From assembly GCA_049320885.1 (NCBI GenBank), contig JBMORA010000039.1, positions 32,288-96,287 of the forward strand: a stretch of 64,000 nucleotides of DNA. The letters run 5' to 3'. Source of the DNA: Thermodesulfobacteriota bacterium. Lineage in GTDB: Bacteria > Desulfobacterota > Desulfobacteria > Desulfobacterales > SURF-7. Below are positions 49,891-59,582 of this stretch, in pieces (position 1 is the first letter of the stretch; each line of letters starts with the position of its first letter). The position numbers were made by a program, and so were the translations under genes. Under the pieces are notes generated by a model. That model did not search any database, was not told the DNA's origin, and saw only the letters and a program-made list of their open reading frames with translations.

Positions 49891-50589
49891 TCAGCGCACG
49901 ATACATTCGCGCACATGGCCTTGAGCCAATTTTTTCAACAGTGCCAAAAAACCGTCAACATCATTATCCTGGTAGGATTGAAAAAAATCAGGCCGCAGCA
50001 TATCGTCGGGCCTGAACCGCTGAAGGCAGTATCGACGCGCTCCTTCAATATGTTCCAATATGCGAGCCAGAATCTCTGCATCAACGAACGGTCGGACACA
50101 GGTCGTTCTGAATTCATAGTCCGGGGCGGAGGTCATGATCAGGCGGATGCTTTCCAGAATGTCGCCGGGCTGATATCGATCAACCAGATGGGGCGCGTAG
50201 GTACCGGGGTCGGTTTTGATGTCCATGGCGATATAATCCACCAACCCGTTGCGCAGCAGGTTGCGGATCATTTCCGGTTGACTGCCGTTGGTGTCCAACT
50301 TTACCAGATAGCCGGATTGTTTGAGTTTCTCACAAAACCGATCCAGGCCGGATTGCAGCGTGGGTTCCCCTCCGCTGATGACAATTCCGTCCAGAAAACG
50401 GCGGCGGATACCCATGAACTCGTCCAGCCATTCCTGATTCAGAAAAGACGGGGCGGGCTGATCGCCCCTGGCCAGACCGGGATTATGGCAATACGGACAC
50501 TGGAAATTGCATCCGTTCAGGAAGACGACACAACTGATCTTTCCCGGATAATCAATCAGGGAATGCTTCAGGAACCCGCCGAATCGCAT
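49891..50589 (-). CDS. nrdG: Anaerobic ribonucleotide reductase activating enzyme
   Basis: SLIDYPG, GCNFQCPYCHN, SGGEP, KLDTNG; follows nrdD. Confidence 0.93.
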   Translation of the reverse strand: MRFGGFLKHSLIDYPGKISCVVFLNGCNFQCPYCHNPGLARGDQPAPSFLNQEWLDEFMGIRRRFLDGIVISGGEPTLQSGLDRFCEKLKQSGYLVKLDTNGSQPEMIRNLLRNGLVDYIAMDIKTDPGTYAPHLVDRYQPGDILESIRLIMTSAPDYEFRTTCVRPFVDAEILARILEHIEGARRYCLQRFRPDDMLRPDFFQSYQDNDVDGFLALLKKLAQGHVRECIVR

Positions 50590-50603
50590 GGCGCACCGAT
50601 CAA

Positions 50604-52799
50604 TCAGGGCATGCCGCTTACTTTTGTTTCCGTCACGTCCGGGGGGGCATCCGAAGTTTCCAGCCGTCTGCCGGTGGGCAGCCGCGTCTGGCTGTGGGCG
50701 CTGTCCAGCCGGAAGGTCTTGCGGAGTCGGTATTCCGCCTGCTTCCCGTCATTCCATTGCTGAACCGGCCGCAGGTACCCCACCACCCGGGAATAGATCT
50801 CGGTCTGCTGGTGACAGGTCGAACAAACGGCCTGTTCGCCTTTCAGGTAGCCATGGGATGGGCAGATGCTGAAAGTGGGTGTCAGGGTGAAATACGGTAA
50901 TCGGAAATTGCTGGCCACCTTGCGGATGAGGGTTTTGACGGTTTCCACATCATTCACCTGTTCGCCCAGAAACAGATGCAGAACGGTTCCGCCGGTATAT
51001 TTGGTCTGCAACTCGTCCTGGAGCATGAGCGTTTCGAAAATGTCATCCGTGTAGGTAACCGGCAACTGAGTGGAGTTGGTATAAAAAGGCGGTGCGCCTT
51101 CCCGGTATCCGGATTCGTTGAAGCAGCGGATATCGGGATGGCGTTCCTTGTCCAGCATGGCCAGCCGGTAAGAAGTGCCTTCCGCCGGCGTGGCTTCGAG
51201 ATTGTAGATATCGCCGGTTTCATTCTGAATCCCGGAGATTTGATCCCGCAAAAAGTCCATCACCCGGAGGGCGAAAGCCTTGCCGGGTTCTGTTGCGATG
51301 GTTTTTCCCATAAAATTGAGGCAGGCTTCATTCATTCCGACGATGCCGATGGTGGAAAAATGGTTCTTCCAGTATTTACCCGATCCGTTCTTGATTTCGC
51401 GCAGGTAGTATTTTGAGTACGGGTACAGGTTTTTGTCCGTAAAGTTCTCCAGTATTTTTCTTTTTATGGAAAGGCTTTCCTTTGCGATCTGAACCAGCTT
51501 GCTCAAACGGGCAAAAAAATCCGCTTCGCTGGTGGCAAGAAAGCCGATACGCGGCAGATTGACGGTGACGACGCCGATGGAGCCGGTGAGGGGATTCGCG
51601 CCGAACAGGCCGCCGCCTCTTTTCATCAATTCACGGTTGTCCAGTCGCAGGCGGCAGCACATGGAGCGGGCGTCTTCCGGCGACATGTCCGAATTGATGA
51701 AATTGGAAAAATAGGGAATCCCGTATTTACCCGTCATCTTCCAGATCATTTCCAAATTCGGGTTGTCCCAGTCAAAGTCCGAGGTGATGTTATAGGTGGG
51801 AATCGGAAAGGTGAAAACCCGTCCCTTGGCGTCGCCGGCCATCATCACTTCGGCAAAGGCTTTGTTGATCATATCCATTTCGGGTTGAAAATCAGCGTAG
51901 GTTTCCTCTCTTTCCCTGCCGCCGACGATCACCGGAACATTCTTCAGAATGGAAGGCACGCACAAATCCATGGTGATGTTGGTAAACGGCGTCTGAAACC
52001 CGACCCGGGTAGGGATGTTGATGTTGAAGACAAATTCCTGAACAGCCTGCTTGACCTTTTCGTAGCTCAAGCGGTCATAGCGGATGAAGGGCGCCAGCAG
52101 TGTGTCGAAATTGGAGATCGCCTGGGCTCCGGCGGCTTCACCTTGCAGGGTATAGAAGAAATTGACGATCTGACCCAGGGCGGAACGCAGGTGCTTCGGA
52201 GGGGCGCTTTCCACTTTGCCGACGACGCCTTTGAATCCCTGCACCAGGAGATCCCGCAAATCCCATCCCACACAATAAACCGACAACAGGCTGAGGTCAT
52301 GGATATGGAGGTCGCCGTTTTTATGCGCCTGCCGGATTTCCGGCGGATAGATCCGGTTCAACCAATATTCGGAGGTCACATCGGAGGAGATATAATTGTT
52401 AAGACCTTGCAAGGAATAACTCATGTTGCTGTTTTCCTTGATTTTCCAGTCCATCTTTTGAATATAGTTGTCCACGAGGTTGACACTTGCCCGGGTGGTC
52501 AGACTGCGAATTTGGTTGTGCTGCTCGCGGTAGAGAATATAGGCCTTGGCGGTTTTATAATACGGAGAATCCAGCAGCACCCGCTCAACGATATCCTGGA
52601 TTTCCTCGACTTCCGGCAGAGGGGGGAGTCGCATTTCGTGGGCCAGGGTCAACACTTTCAAGGTGAGCTTGCGAGCCTCCCGTTCACCGAATTCTCCCGT
52701 CGCCTCACCTGCCTTGGTGATCGCGATCGTGATTTTGGATGAATCGAACTCAACAACGCGGCCGTCACGCTTTTTAATGGTCTCGAACATTCGCACCAC
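50604..52799 (-). CDS. nrdD: Class III (anaerobic) ribonucleotide reductase with ATP cone
   Basis: IKKRDG ATP cone, HIHD, SMCCRL, YSRVVGY glycyl loop; start 52790 or 52799. Confidence 0.97.
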   Translation of the reverse strand: MVRMFETIKKRDGRVVEFDSSKITIAITKAGEATGEFGEREARKLTLKVLTLAHEMRLPPLPEVEEIQDIVERVLLDSPYYKTAKAYILYREQHNQIRSLTTRASVNLVDNYIQKMDWKIKENSNMSYSLQGLNNYISSDVTSEYWLNRIYPPEIRQAHKNGDLHIHDLSLLSVYCVGWDLRDLLVQGFKGVVGKVESAPPKHLRSALGQIVNFFYTLQGEAAGAQAISNFDTLLAPFIRYDRLSYEKVKQAVQEFVFNINIPTRVGFQTPFTNITMDLCVPSILKNVPVIVGGREREETYADFQPEMDMINKAFAEVMMAGDAKGRVFTFPIPTYNITSDFDWDNPNLEMIWKMTGKYGIPYFSNFINSDMSPEDARSMCCRLRLDNRELMKRGGGLFGANPLTGSIGVVTVNLPRIGFLATSEADFFARLSKLVQIAKESLSIKRKILENFTDKNLYPYSKYYLREIKNGSGKYWKNHFSTIGIVGMNEACLNFMGKTIATEPGKAFALRVMDFLRDQISGIQNETGDIYNLEATPAEGTSYRLAMLDKERHPDIRCFNESGYREGAPPFYTNSTQLPVTYTDDIFETLMLQDELQTKYTGGTVLHLFLGEQVNDVETVKTLIRKVASNFRLPYFTLTPTFSICPSHGYLKGEQAVCSTCHQQTEIYSRVVGYLRPVQQWNDGKQAEYRLRKTFRLDSAHSQTRLPTGRRLETSDAPPDVTETKVSGMP

Positions 52800-53055
52800 C
52801 CTTTACAGATATTGGACTGTGTTTGCAGTAAAATCCGATCGAACCGAACAACATGAAGTTGCGATGAAATAATACAGGTTAACGGAAGTATTTCCTTGCC
52901 AACCAGTACAAGCAGAACAAGGTGTTTTTTCGAGTGAACACCGTTAGATTCAAAAAGACGCCCCAACCGACGGGCGCCATGAAGCCTTGCAAAACAACCT
53001 CCCGCTGTTGAAACTTTTCACCCGGATCCTGCTTGTTTGAATGGAACGGTAGATA

Positions 53056-53102
53056 TCACAACATATTGTTGTATGTCAACGGCAAAATGCAATATATAGT
53101 GT
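53056..53102. promoter_or_regulatory. Tandem NrdR boxes overlapping the nrdD promoter
   Basis: TCACAACATATTGTTG (53056-71) and ATGCAATATATAGTGT (53087-102) match acaCwAtATaTwGtgt, 31 bp apart; minus-strand TTGACA (53074-79) lies between them. Confidence 0.85.
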
Positions 53103-53267
53103 AATGAAAAATTAAATCAATTGTTTGGGACGGTTTTCGGGTAATCGCGCCACTCCGGGTGAACCCGTTTTGGGGCCATTCATTTCAGCCTTTTTCCTTT
53201 GGCTTGATTTTCTTCAGGGGAAATGAAATAAGAAGAGGCGGCATGGAATATCGGATGAGGGACAACA

Positions 53268-53543
53268 ATGGGTAATCCCGAACAGACGGTGGTGCATCGA
53301 AAAATTTTCGCCCCCTGGTATGATACCGAGGCAGCCTGCTTCATCACCATCGTCCTGGTGGCGCCGGTGCTGCTGTTTTCCATTGCCGGCATTATCACCG
53401 CCTATGAAGATACGGCCTTTCATCCATATGGTTGGGTGCCGATCATCCTTTGCATCATGTGCCTGTGGGTTCTGCTCTCCATTTCCATCCGCCTGGCGAA
53501 ACGGTATATCGCCCGGATGGACAGCGGATATCTGAAGGGCTGA
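53268..53543 (+). CDS. Small hypothetical two-TM membrane protein
   Basis: RBS GAGGG, PWYD followed by two hydrophobic helices. Confidence 0.7.
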   Translation: MGNPEQTVVHRKIFAPWYDTEAACFITIVLVAPVLLFSIAGIITAYEDTAFHPYGWVPIILCIMCLWVLLSISIRLAKRYIARMDSGYLKG

Positions 53544-53560
53544 ACCAAGCCGCCCCGTTT

Positions 53561-54040
53561 TCACTCCCTGGATTGATCCATAAATGTTTTCAGCGACATG
53601 GTCTTGTAACTGTTCGAGGAGACATATTTCAAAAAGGAGAGCAGATCTTTTGCCGGAATGAATCCCGGGCGGTTCCCGATTTTTTCACCACTCTGAGAGA
53701 GAAACCAGGTGGTGGGAAGTCCGGATACGCGGTATTCCCGCGCCCGTTCCTTATCTTGTTCCGAATTGATTTTAATGGCGATGAAATGTTCATTCAGGTA
53801 CTGAATCACCGCCGGATCGGTAAAAGTCTCTTTCTGCATGATTTTGCAGTACCGGCACCAATCGGCGTAAAAATGAAGAAAAATTTTTTTGTCCTCCCGC
53901 TCGCCGGCCGCCAAGCCGCTTTCAAATGGCTGCCAACGAATGGACTGATCCGCGGCGAAGCAATTGCCGCCGCTCCAGGTCAGCACCAGACCGAACAGGG
54001 ATGCGAGCATCCAACCGGAAATGAGGTTTCTCTGGTTCAT
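53561..54040 (-). CDS. Exported thioredoxin-fold protein (SoxW/DUF255-like)
   Basis: Signal peptide, FYADWCRYC, PTT. Confidence 0.88.
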   Translation of the reverse strand: MNQRNLISGWMLASLFGLVLTWSGGNCFAADQSIRWQPFESGLAAGEREDKKIFLHFYADWCRYCKIMQKETFTDPAVIQYLNEHFIAIKINSEQDKERAREYRVSGLPTTWFLSQSGEKIGNRPGFIPAKDLLSFLKYVSSNSYKTMSLKTFMDQSRE

Positions 54041-54050
54041 TTTTTCCTTT

Positions 54051-54755
54051 CTATATACCCGGGGTAAACTGATAGAACCGATCGGTCAGCAGCAGCAGGC
54101 CGATGACGATCAAAAATATTCCCGCCGCTGCATGGATATATTTGGTGAACCGAACGGTCTTTCGGATGAAAGCCAATAAAAATGTGATAAAAAAGGAGAT
54201 CAAAAGGAATGGCAGCGCCAATCCCCCGGAGTAGACCGCCAGCAGGCCCACCCCTTGCCAGATGGTTTCCTGGCTGGAGGCCAGGATCAGAATGGAACCG
54301 AGCAAAGGGCCGATGCACGGGCTCCAGCCGGCGCCGAAGGCCATGCCGACGATAAAGATACCGAACAGACGAAGCGGTTTTTTCCGGATTTGGATCCGCT
54401 TTTCGAAATCGAGTCCCTTGAAGCGGATAATGCCCGCCAGATGGATTCCAAACAGAATGATCATCACGGCGCCGATTTTAATGAGTATTTCCTTATATTC
54501 GGCAATCAGGTTGCCCACCAGGGAGGCCGAGGCGCCCAGTAAAATAAAAACCGTCGAAAAGCCGCAAACATATGAAAGGGTGGACAGCACCACCTTGATC
54601 CGCAGTTCGGATCCCGGCGCGGTCGTCATCTCCTCCAGTGAAAAACCGGTGATAAAGGTGAAATAGGCCGGTATCAACGGAAGGACGCAAGGGGAAAAAA
54701 AGGACGTCAGGCCGGCGATAAAGGCCAGATGAAAGGGTACGGCTTCCACAAACAT
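54051..54755 (-). CDS. ccdA: CcdA/DsbD transmembrane electron transporter
   Basis: SFFSPCVLPLIP and WSPCIGP motifs. Confidence 0.92.
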   Translation of the reverse strand: MFVEAVPFHLAFIAGLTSFFSPCVLPLIPAYFTFITGFSLEEMTTAPGSELRIKVVLSTLSYVCGFSTVFILLGASASLVGNLIAEYKEILIKIGAVMIILFGIHLAGIIRFKGLDFEKRIQIRKKPLRLFGIFIVGMAFGAGWSPCIGPLLGSILILASSQETIWQGVGLLAVYSGGLALPFLLISFFITFLLAFIRKTVRFTKYIHAAAGIFLIVIGLLLLTDRFYQFTPGI

Positions 54756-54777
54756 ACTCAAATCCTGGTAAGCATGG

Positions 54778-55623
54778 TTATCGGCTCAGTTCTTTGGAAC
54801 GTTCCGCGGCGGCGAATACGGCCTGGACAATGATTTGTTTGACATCGTTGTTCCGCAGGACGTTCAAGGCCGCTTCCGTCGTTCCGCCGGGAGAAGTCAC
54901 TTTCCGGCGTAATTCCGCCGGGGGCTCCCCCTTTTCCTGCAACAACCGCAGAGCTCCTTCGAATGTCCGTTCCGTCAGCTTCACCGCGGTTTCCGGATCA
55001 AAGCCCAAGGCGATGCCGGCTTCGATCAGTGCTTCCACAAAATAAAAAACATACGCCGGGCCTGAACCGGAGAGGGCGGTCACGGCGTCCATGGCCTCTT
55101 CCTGCACCTCAACAACCGCCCCCATGGAAGACAGCAGGGATCGGGCCAAGGCGAGGTCGACGTGATCGGCATAACGGTTGCCGCTCATGGCGCTCATTCC
55201 TGCCAGCACCAGGGCCGGGGTGTTCGGCATCACGCGGATGATGGGCAGATTCCGACGCGCGGATTCATGGAGAGCGGCGTACAGTATTTCTTCCAGCTTT
55301 CGGATTCGGATGCCGGCGGCGATGGAAATGACGACCTTGCGTTGTTCCAGAGCGGCCAGGTCGATCGACTTCGCGACGGAGGACACGATGTCCGGCAATT
55401 GTTGCGGTTTGACTGCCAGGATGACGATGTCGCTGTCCTGAAACACACTTCGATTGTCGCAAACCGGGATGACGCCGTAGGTCTGATGGAGCATGTCGAC
55501 GCGGGCGCTGGAAATATCGTGGATGCGAATCCGTTCCGGCGGACTGATGCCGGATCGGACCAGGGCGCCCACAAAAGCCTCGCCCATATTGCCGGCCCCG
55601 ATTATACCTATTATTTTATCCAA
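54778..55623 (-). CDS. proC: Pyrroline-5-carboxylate reductase
   Basis: IGAGNMG, AVKPQ, RVMPNTP, SGSGPAY, VTSPGGTT. Confidence 0.97.
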   Translation of the reverse strand: MDKIIGIIGAGNMGEAFVGALVRSGISPPERIRIHDISSARVDMLHQTYGVIPVCDNRSVFQDSDIVILAVKPQQLPDIVSSVAKSIDLAALEQRKVVISIAAGIRIRKLEEILYAALHESARRNLPIIRVMPNTPALVLAGMSAMSGNRYADHVDLALARSLLSSMGAVVEVQEEAMDAVTALSGSGPAYVFYFVEALIEAGIALGFDPETAVKLTERTFEGALRLLQEKGEPPAELRRKVTSPGGTTEAALNVLRNNDVKQIIVQAVFAAAERSKELSR

Positions 55624-55677
55624 TTTTTTCTACACCTTGGCTTATGCTGACCCGCCCAATCGAAAATGACTTCATAT

Positions 55678-55764
55678 AGAATAGCGATTCGCTTATTGAA
55701 ATGTCAATGCTTTTAATGGCGCTGGATAATATTGCTTGACTTATATCGGATATAACACTAATTT
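55678..55764. promoter_or_regulatory. Divergent sigma70-like promoters for proC and divIVA
   Basis: Minus TTGACA-N18-TATTCT (55707-55678); plus TTGACT-N17-TAATTT (55736-55764). Confidence 0.45.
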
Positions 55765-55817
55765 TACATGCAATTACCTAATTTCAAACGCACGGATACA
55801 AACCAGGCGGGTGGATC

Positions 55818-56321
55818 ATGAAAAAGATCACGGCGGATGAGATCCAGCATCAGCAGTTCAAGGTCAGGTTTCGGGGTTTTGATGTCCGCGAAGTGGACGC
55901 GTATCTCGAAAAACTGGCGGCGGCTTTTGAAATGTTAACGAATGAAAATGCAAAACAACGCGAAAAAATAGACCGGCTGAGTCTGGAAAGCCAGGGTTAT
56001 AAAAAGCGCGAGGAAATTTTCAAGCGCGCCATATTGAATTCTCAGAAGGTTATGGAACAGATGAAGGTCAACGCCCAGAAATCGGCGGAACTGATTGTCG
56101 CCGAGGCCGAGGTGAATGCCGAAAAAATTCTCAATCAGGCCCATAACCGGTTGGCCCAGCTGCACAAGGACATTGCCGAGATGAAGAAACAACGGATACA
56201 GATTGAAGTACAGATCCGGGCTGTTATCGAGTCGCATGCGAAACTGCTCGACATGGAAAAAGAAGACGCTCAGAAGAGCGACGAGGCCGACGATAAAGTC
56301 AAATTGTTCAATCGGCACTAG
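55818..56321 (+). CDS. DivIVA domain protein
   Basis: IT..EI...F...FRGFD..EVD.YL followed by coiled coil. Confidence 0.92.
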   Translation: MKKITADEIQHQQFKVRFRGFDVREVDAYLEKLAAAFEMLTNENAKQREKIDRLSLESQGYKKREEIFKRAILNSQKVMEQMKVNAQKSAELIVAEAEVNAEKILNQAHNRLAQLHKDIAEMKKQRIQIEVQIRAVIESHAKLLDMEKEDAQKSDEADDKVKLFNRH

Positions 56322-56402
56322 CCCGCGCGCACCGGCCGGTCTTCCCTTTTACACCGCTGACAGCGAATAAGCCGATTCATCGGCGACAACAAGGAACAAC
56401 CT

Positions 56403-57485
56403 ATGGCGAAAATTGATGCTTTTTTTAAATTGATGCATGAACAAGGAGCCTCCGATCTTCACCTGGTGGCCGGGCAGCAGCCGGTTCTCCGGATCCGGGG
56501 TGAAATCGAACGGGTTAAATACAATGTGTTGACGAATGATGATCTCCGGAGCATGCTGTATGAAATCACGCCGGAAGACAAGGTGAAGCTGTTTGAAGAG
56601 ACCGGCGACGTGGATTTCGGTTACGAGATTCTCGGTCTGGCGCGATACCGGGCCAATTTTTTCATGCACCGCAACGGTGTCGGGGCGGTTTTTAGAGAGA
56701 TTCCCAGCGTGATCGCCACCGTGGAACAGCTTGGGCTTCCTCCGGTGGTGTCCAAGCTGGCCACGCTTCCCCGCGGGCTGGTGGTGATCACCGGCCCCAC
56801 CGGCAGCGGCAAATCCACCACGCTGGCCGCCATTATCGACGTCGCCAACCGGGCAAGAAAAGATCATATCATCACCATCGAGGATCCCATCGAATTTGTT
56901 CATCAGAGTCAAAGCTGCATCGTCAATCACCGGGAAGTCGGCATGCATACCAAAACGTTCTCCGCCGCTCTTCGGGGAGCGCTCCGCGAGGATCCGGACA
57001 TCATTCTGGTGGGTGAAATGCGGGATCTGGAAACCATATCCCTTGCCATCGAGGCGGCTTCCACCGGTCATCTGGTGTTCGCCACCCTCCATACCACCAG
57101 CGCGGCCAAAACCGTCGATCGCATCATCGAGGTATTCCCGGGTCCGCAGCAGGCGCAGATTCGTTCCACGCTGGCGGACGGAATCCGGGCGGTGATCGCC
57201 CAGGTCCTGTTCAAGCGCGTGGATAAAAAAGGGCGCTGTGTGGCGCCGGAGATCCTGATCGCCACACCCGCCGTGCGCAATCTCATCCGGGAAGGCAAGA
57301 CCCATCAATTGCCTTCCATGATGCAGACCGGCCGGAAATACGGCATGCAGTTGTTGGACGACGCCATCATGAATTTATACCAGAAAGGATGGATCGGAGC
57401 GGATGAAGCCTATGCCAAGGCCAATGACAAGGAAGCGTTCAAACCGTTCTTGAAAAACGCTCCGACCGATTTTACCGAGGTGTAA
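56403..57485 (+). CDS. pilT: Type IV pilus retraction ATPase PilT
   Basis: ASDLHL, GPTGSGKST, EDPIE, GEMRD, TGH, AVRNLIRE. Confidence 0.95.
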   Translation: MAKIDAFFKLMHEQGASDLHLVAGQQPVLRIRGEIERVKYNVLTNDDLRSMLYEITPEDKVKLFEETGDVDFGYEILGLARYRANFFMHRNGVGAVFREIPSVIATVEQLGLPPVVSKLATLPRGLVVITGPTGSGKSTTLAAIIDVANRARKDHIITIEDPIEFVHQSQSCIVNHREVGMHTKTFSAALRGALREDPDIILVGEMRDLETISLAIEAASTGHLVFATLHTTSAAKTVDRIIEVFPGPQQAQIRSTLADGIRAVIAQVLFKRVDKKGRCVAPEILIATPAVRNLIREGKTHQLPSMMQTGRKYGMQLLDDAIMNLYQKGWIGADEAYAKANDKEAFKPFLKNAPTDFTEV

Positions 57486-57520
57486 TGAACGGCTCCATCA
57501 TTCTGCCCGGAGAGTAAACC

Positions 57521-58687
57521 ATGAAAAAACATGAAGTGGACCACATCCTCGCCAGGATGCTGGATGCGTACGAAAATGTGTCCGATCTGAACCTGACCGT
57601 CGGCCGGCCGCTTCAGGTCGAGAGTTCGGGAGAATTGCTCCCGGTTGAAATGCGGCCGTTTTTTAACGAGTTGACTCCGTTCCAAACCGAAGTCATTGCA
57701 TTCAATCTCATCAATCACGACCGCCGGCTGACGGAAAAGCTGGTCAGCGAAGGTTCCTGTGACCTGTCATACAGTCTTCCCGGGAAGGCGCGTTTCCGGG
57801 TGAACATTTTTTCCCAGGGAGGCAATTACTCCATCATTCTCCGGCGTCTGGAATCAACCGTGCCGACGATTTCCAATCTGATGTTGCCGAAAGTCTTTTA
57901 TCGGATCGCCGAGGAAAAAAACGGCATCGTGCTGGTCACCGGAGCCACCGGTACCGGTAAATCCACCTCTCTGGCGGCAATTCTCGAGCATATCAATGAA
58001 ACCAGATCGGTCCATGTGGTGACACTGGAGGACCCCATCGAATATCAGCATCCCCATAAGAAAGCCACGTACAATCAGCGGGAACTGGGCAGGGATTTCG
58101 ATACCTTCGCCAACGGCCTGCGGGCCGCGCTCCGGCAGGCGCCGAAGGTTATTCTGGTGGGTGAAATGCGGGACCGCGAAACCGTGGAGATCGGTCTGCG
58201 GGCCGCCGAGACCGGGCATCTTGTCTTGACCACCCTTCATACCGTGGACGCCGGAAAGACCATCAACCGTATCCTCGGTATGTTCAGTTCCGAAGAGGAG
58301 AGTCAGATCCGCATCCGGGTAGCTGAAACCCTGAAATGGATTGTGTGCCAGCGGCTGGTGCCCAAAATCATCGGTGGTCGTGTGGCGGCGTTTGAAATCC
58401 TCGGCACCAACCTGCGCGTGAAAGACTCCGTTCTGCATGGGGAATCCGAAGGCAAGACTTTCTATGACATCATGGAAAAAAACCGTGCGTTCGGAATGTC
58501 CACGTTTGATGACAGCATCATCGCGCTATATCAACAGGGGTATATTTCCGAGGAAACCGCCATCGCTTACTCGTCCAGGCGTGGAATCGTCAAACGCGGT
58601 ATCGATATGGTGAAGAGTTCGCGGGGGGAGGCGACGACCGACATCGACAATCTGGAAATCGACCGCGGGTACGGGAAATTCCGATAA
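57521..58687 (+). CDS. PilT/PilU family retraction ATPase
   Basis: GATGTGKST, EDPIE, LRQAP, GEMRD, ETGH; lacks AIRNLIRE. Confidence 0.9.
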   Translation: MKKHEVDHILARMLDAYENVSDLNLTVGRPLQVESSGELLPVEMRPFFNELTPFQTEVIAFNLINHDRRLTEKLVSEGSCDLSYSLPGKARFRVNIFSQGGNYSIILRRLESTVPTISNLMLPKVFYRIAEEKNGIVLVTGATGTGKSTSLAAILEHINETRSVHVVTLEDPIEYQHPHKKATYNQRELGRDFDTFANGLRAALRQAPKVILVGEMRDRETVEIGLRAAETGHLVLTTLHTVDAGKTINRILGMFSSEEESQIRIRVAETLKWIVCQRLVPKIIGGRVAAFEILGTNLRVKDSVLHGESEGKTFYDIMEKNRAFGMSTFDDSIIALYQQGYISEETAIAYSSRRGIVKRGIDMVKSSRGEATTDIDNLEIDRGYGKFR

Positions 58688-58705
58688 AGGAGGCCAGGTA
58701 GCGAT

Positions 58706-59401
58706 ATGGAAATCACCTGCAGCAGCTGTCAGCGCAAATTCAAGATCGCGGACGACAAGATTCCACCGGGACGAACGGTGAATATCAGCTGTCCGAAATG
58801 CAAAAACAAGATCACCGTGGAAGGCCCTCCGGCCGTTGAGGCGGAAGAGGCGGAACAAGAGCAACCGGTGGATGCGGCGCCTGCCGGCAGGGAGGATGGC
58901 TTCGATTTCGATTATGATTATTCCGATAAATACGAGGCCACCGAGGGCGCCTTTGATTTTGCGGAGGAGGAGGGGAAAACAGCGCTGATCTGCGAAACGG
59001 ATCCGGCAATCATCCAGCCGATTGAAAGAGTCCTGGAATTCATGGAGTATCATATCAGCAAGACGGACAGCGCCCGCGAAGCGATCAAGAAAATGCGGTA
59101 TCAGAATTATCACCTCCTCATCGTGAATGAAGCCTTTGATTCACGGAATCCGGATGCCAACGGCATATTGATTTACTTGTCCCGCCTGCACATGTCCCTG
59201 CGCCGTCAAATCTTCGTTGCCATGCTGACCCGCCGGTTTCGAACCATGGATTATATGGTGGCGCTGAACAAAAGCGTCAATCTGGTCATCAATACCGAGA
59301 ATATTTCTCAATTCGAAAACATCTTGAAACGAAGTCTATCGGATTACGATATATTCTACCGCATTTTCCATGAAACCCGCAAAACGCTGGGAATCGCCTG
59401 A
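58706..59401 (+). CDS. Zinc-ribbon (MJ0042-type) protein with degenerate receiver-like domain
   Basis: CSSC...F.I...K.P....CPKC; acidic linker; REC-like C-terminal half. Confidence 0.8.
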   Translation: MEITCSSCQRKFKIADDKIPPGRTVNISCPKCKNKITVEGPPAVEAEEAEQEQPVDAAPAGREDGFDFDYDYSDKYEATEGAFDFAEEEGKTALICETDPAIIQPIERVLEFMEYHISKTDSAREAIKKMRYQNYHLLIVNEAFDSRNPDANGILIYLSRLHMSLRRQIFVAMLTRRFRTMDYMVALNKSVNLVINTENISQFENILKRSLSDYDIFYRIFHETRKTLGIA

Positions 59402-59420
59402 CGGGAGGAAAGCGCTGCGC

Positions 59421-59582
59421 ATGACGGAAGTGAGGAATCCATACACCTGCAAGGACTATCGGTCGGAAATGCTTCTGCTGGGTTTGAACCGGCGTCTGGC
59501 GGAGGGAAATCTTTCCGAGCACGAAAAGGAAGCCATCCGGAACGATATTCTCCGGCTGGAAAAAGAGATGGGCCTGCGATGA
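59421..59582 (+). CDS. Small hypothetical protein (53 aa)
   Basis: RBS GGAGG; MTEVRNPYTCKDYRSEM..., helical; ATGA overlap with next gene. Confidence 0.65.
   Translation: MTEVRNPYTCKDYRSEMLLLGLNRRLAEGNLSEHEKEAIRNDILRLEKEMGLR

Noticed and set aside
52800..53050. Cobalamin riboswitch upstream of nrdD
   Set aside because: Conserved GCCACTG, GGGAAG and AGYCAG-AGACC elements not found by eye
53561..54755. Thioredoxin-fold protein and CcdA as the reductant system for NrdD
   Set aside because: The thioredoxin-fold protein has a signal peptide and CcdA delivers electrons outward, whereas NrdD is cytoplasmic; an opposite-strand gene separates them
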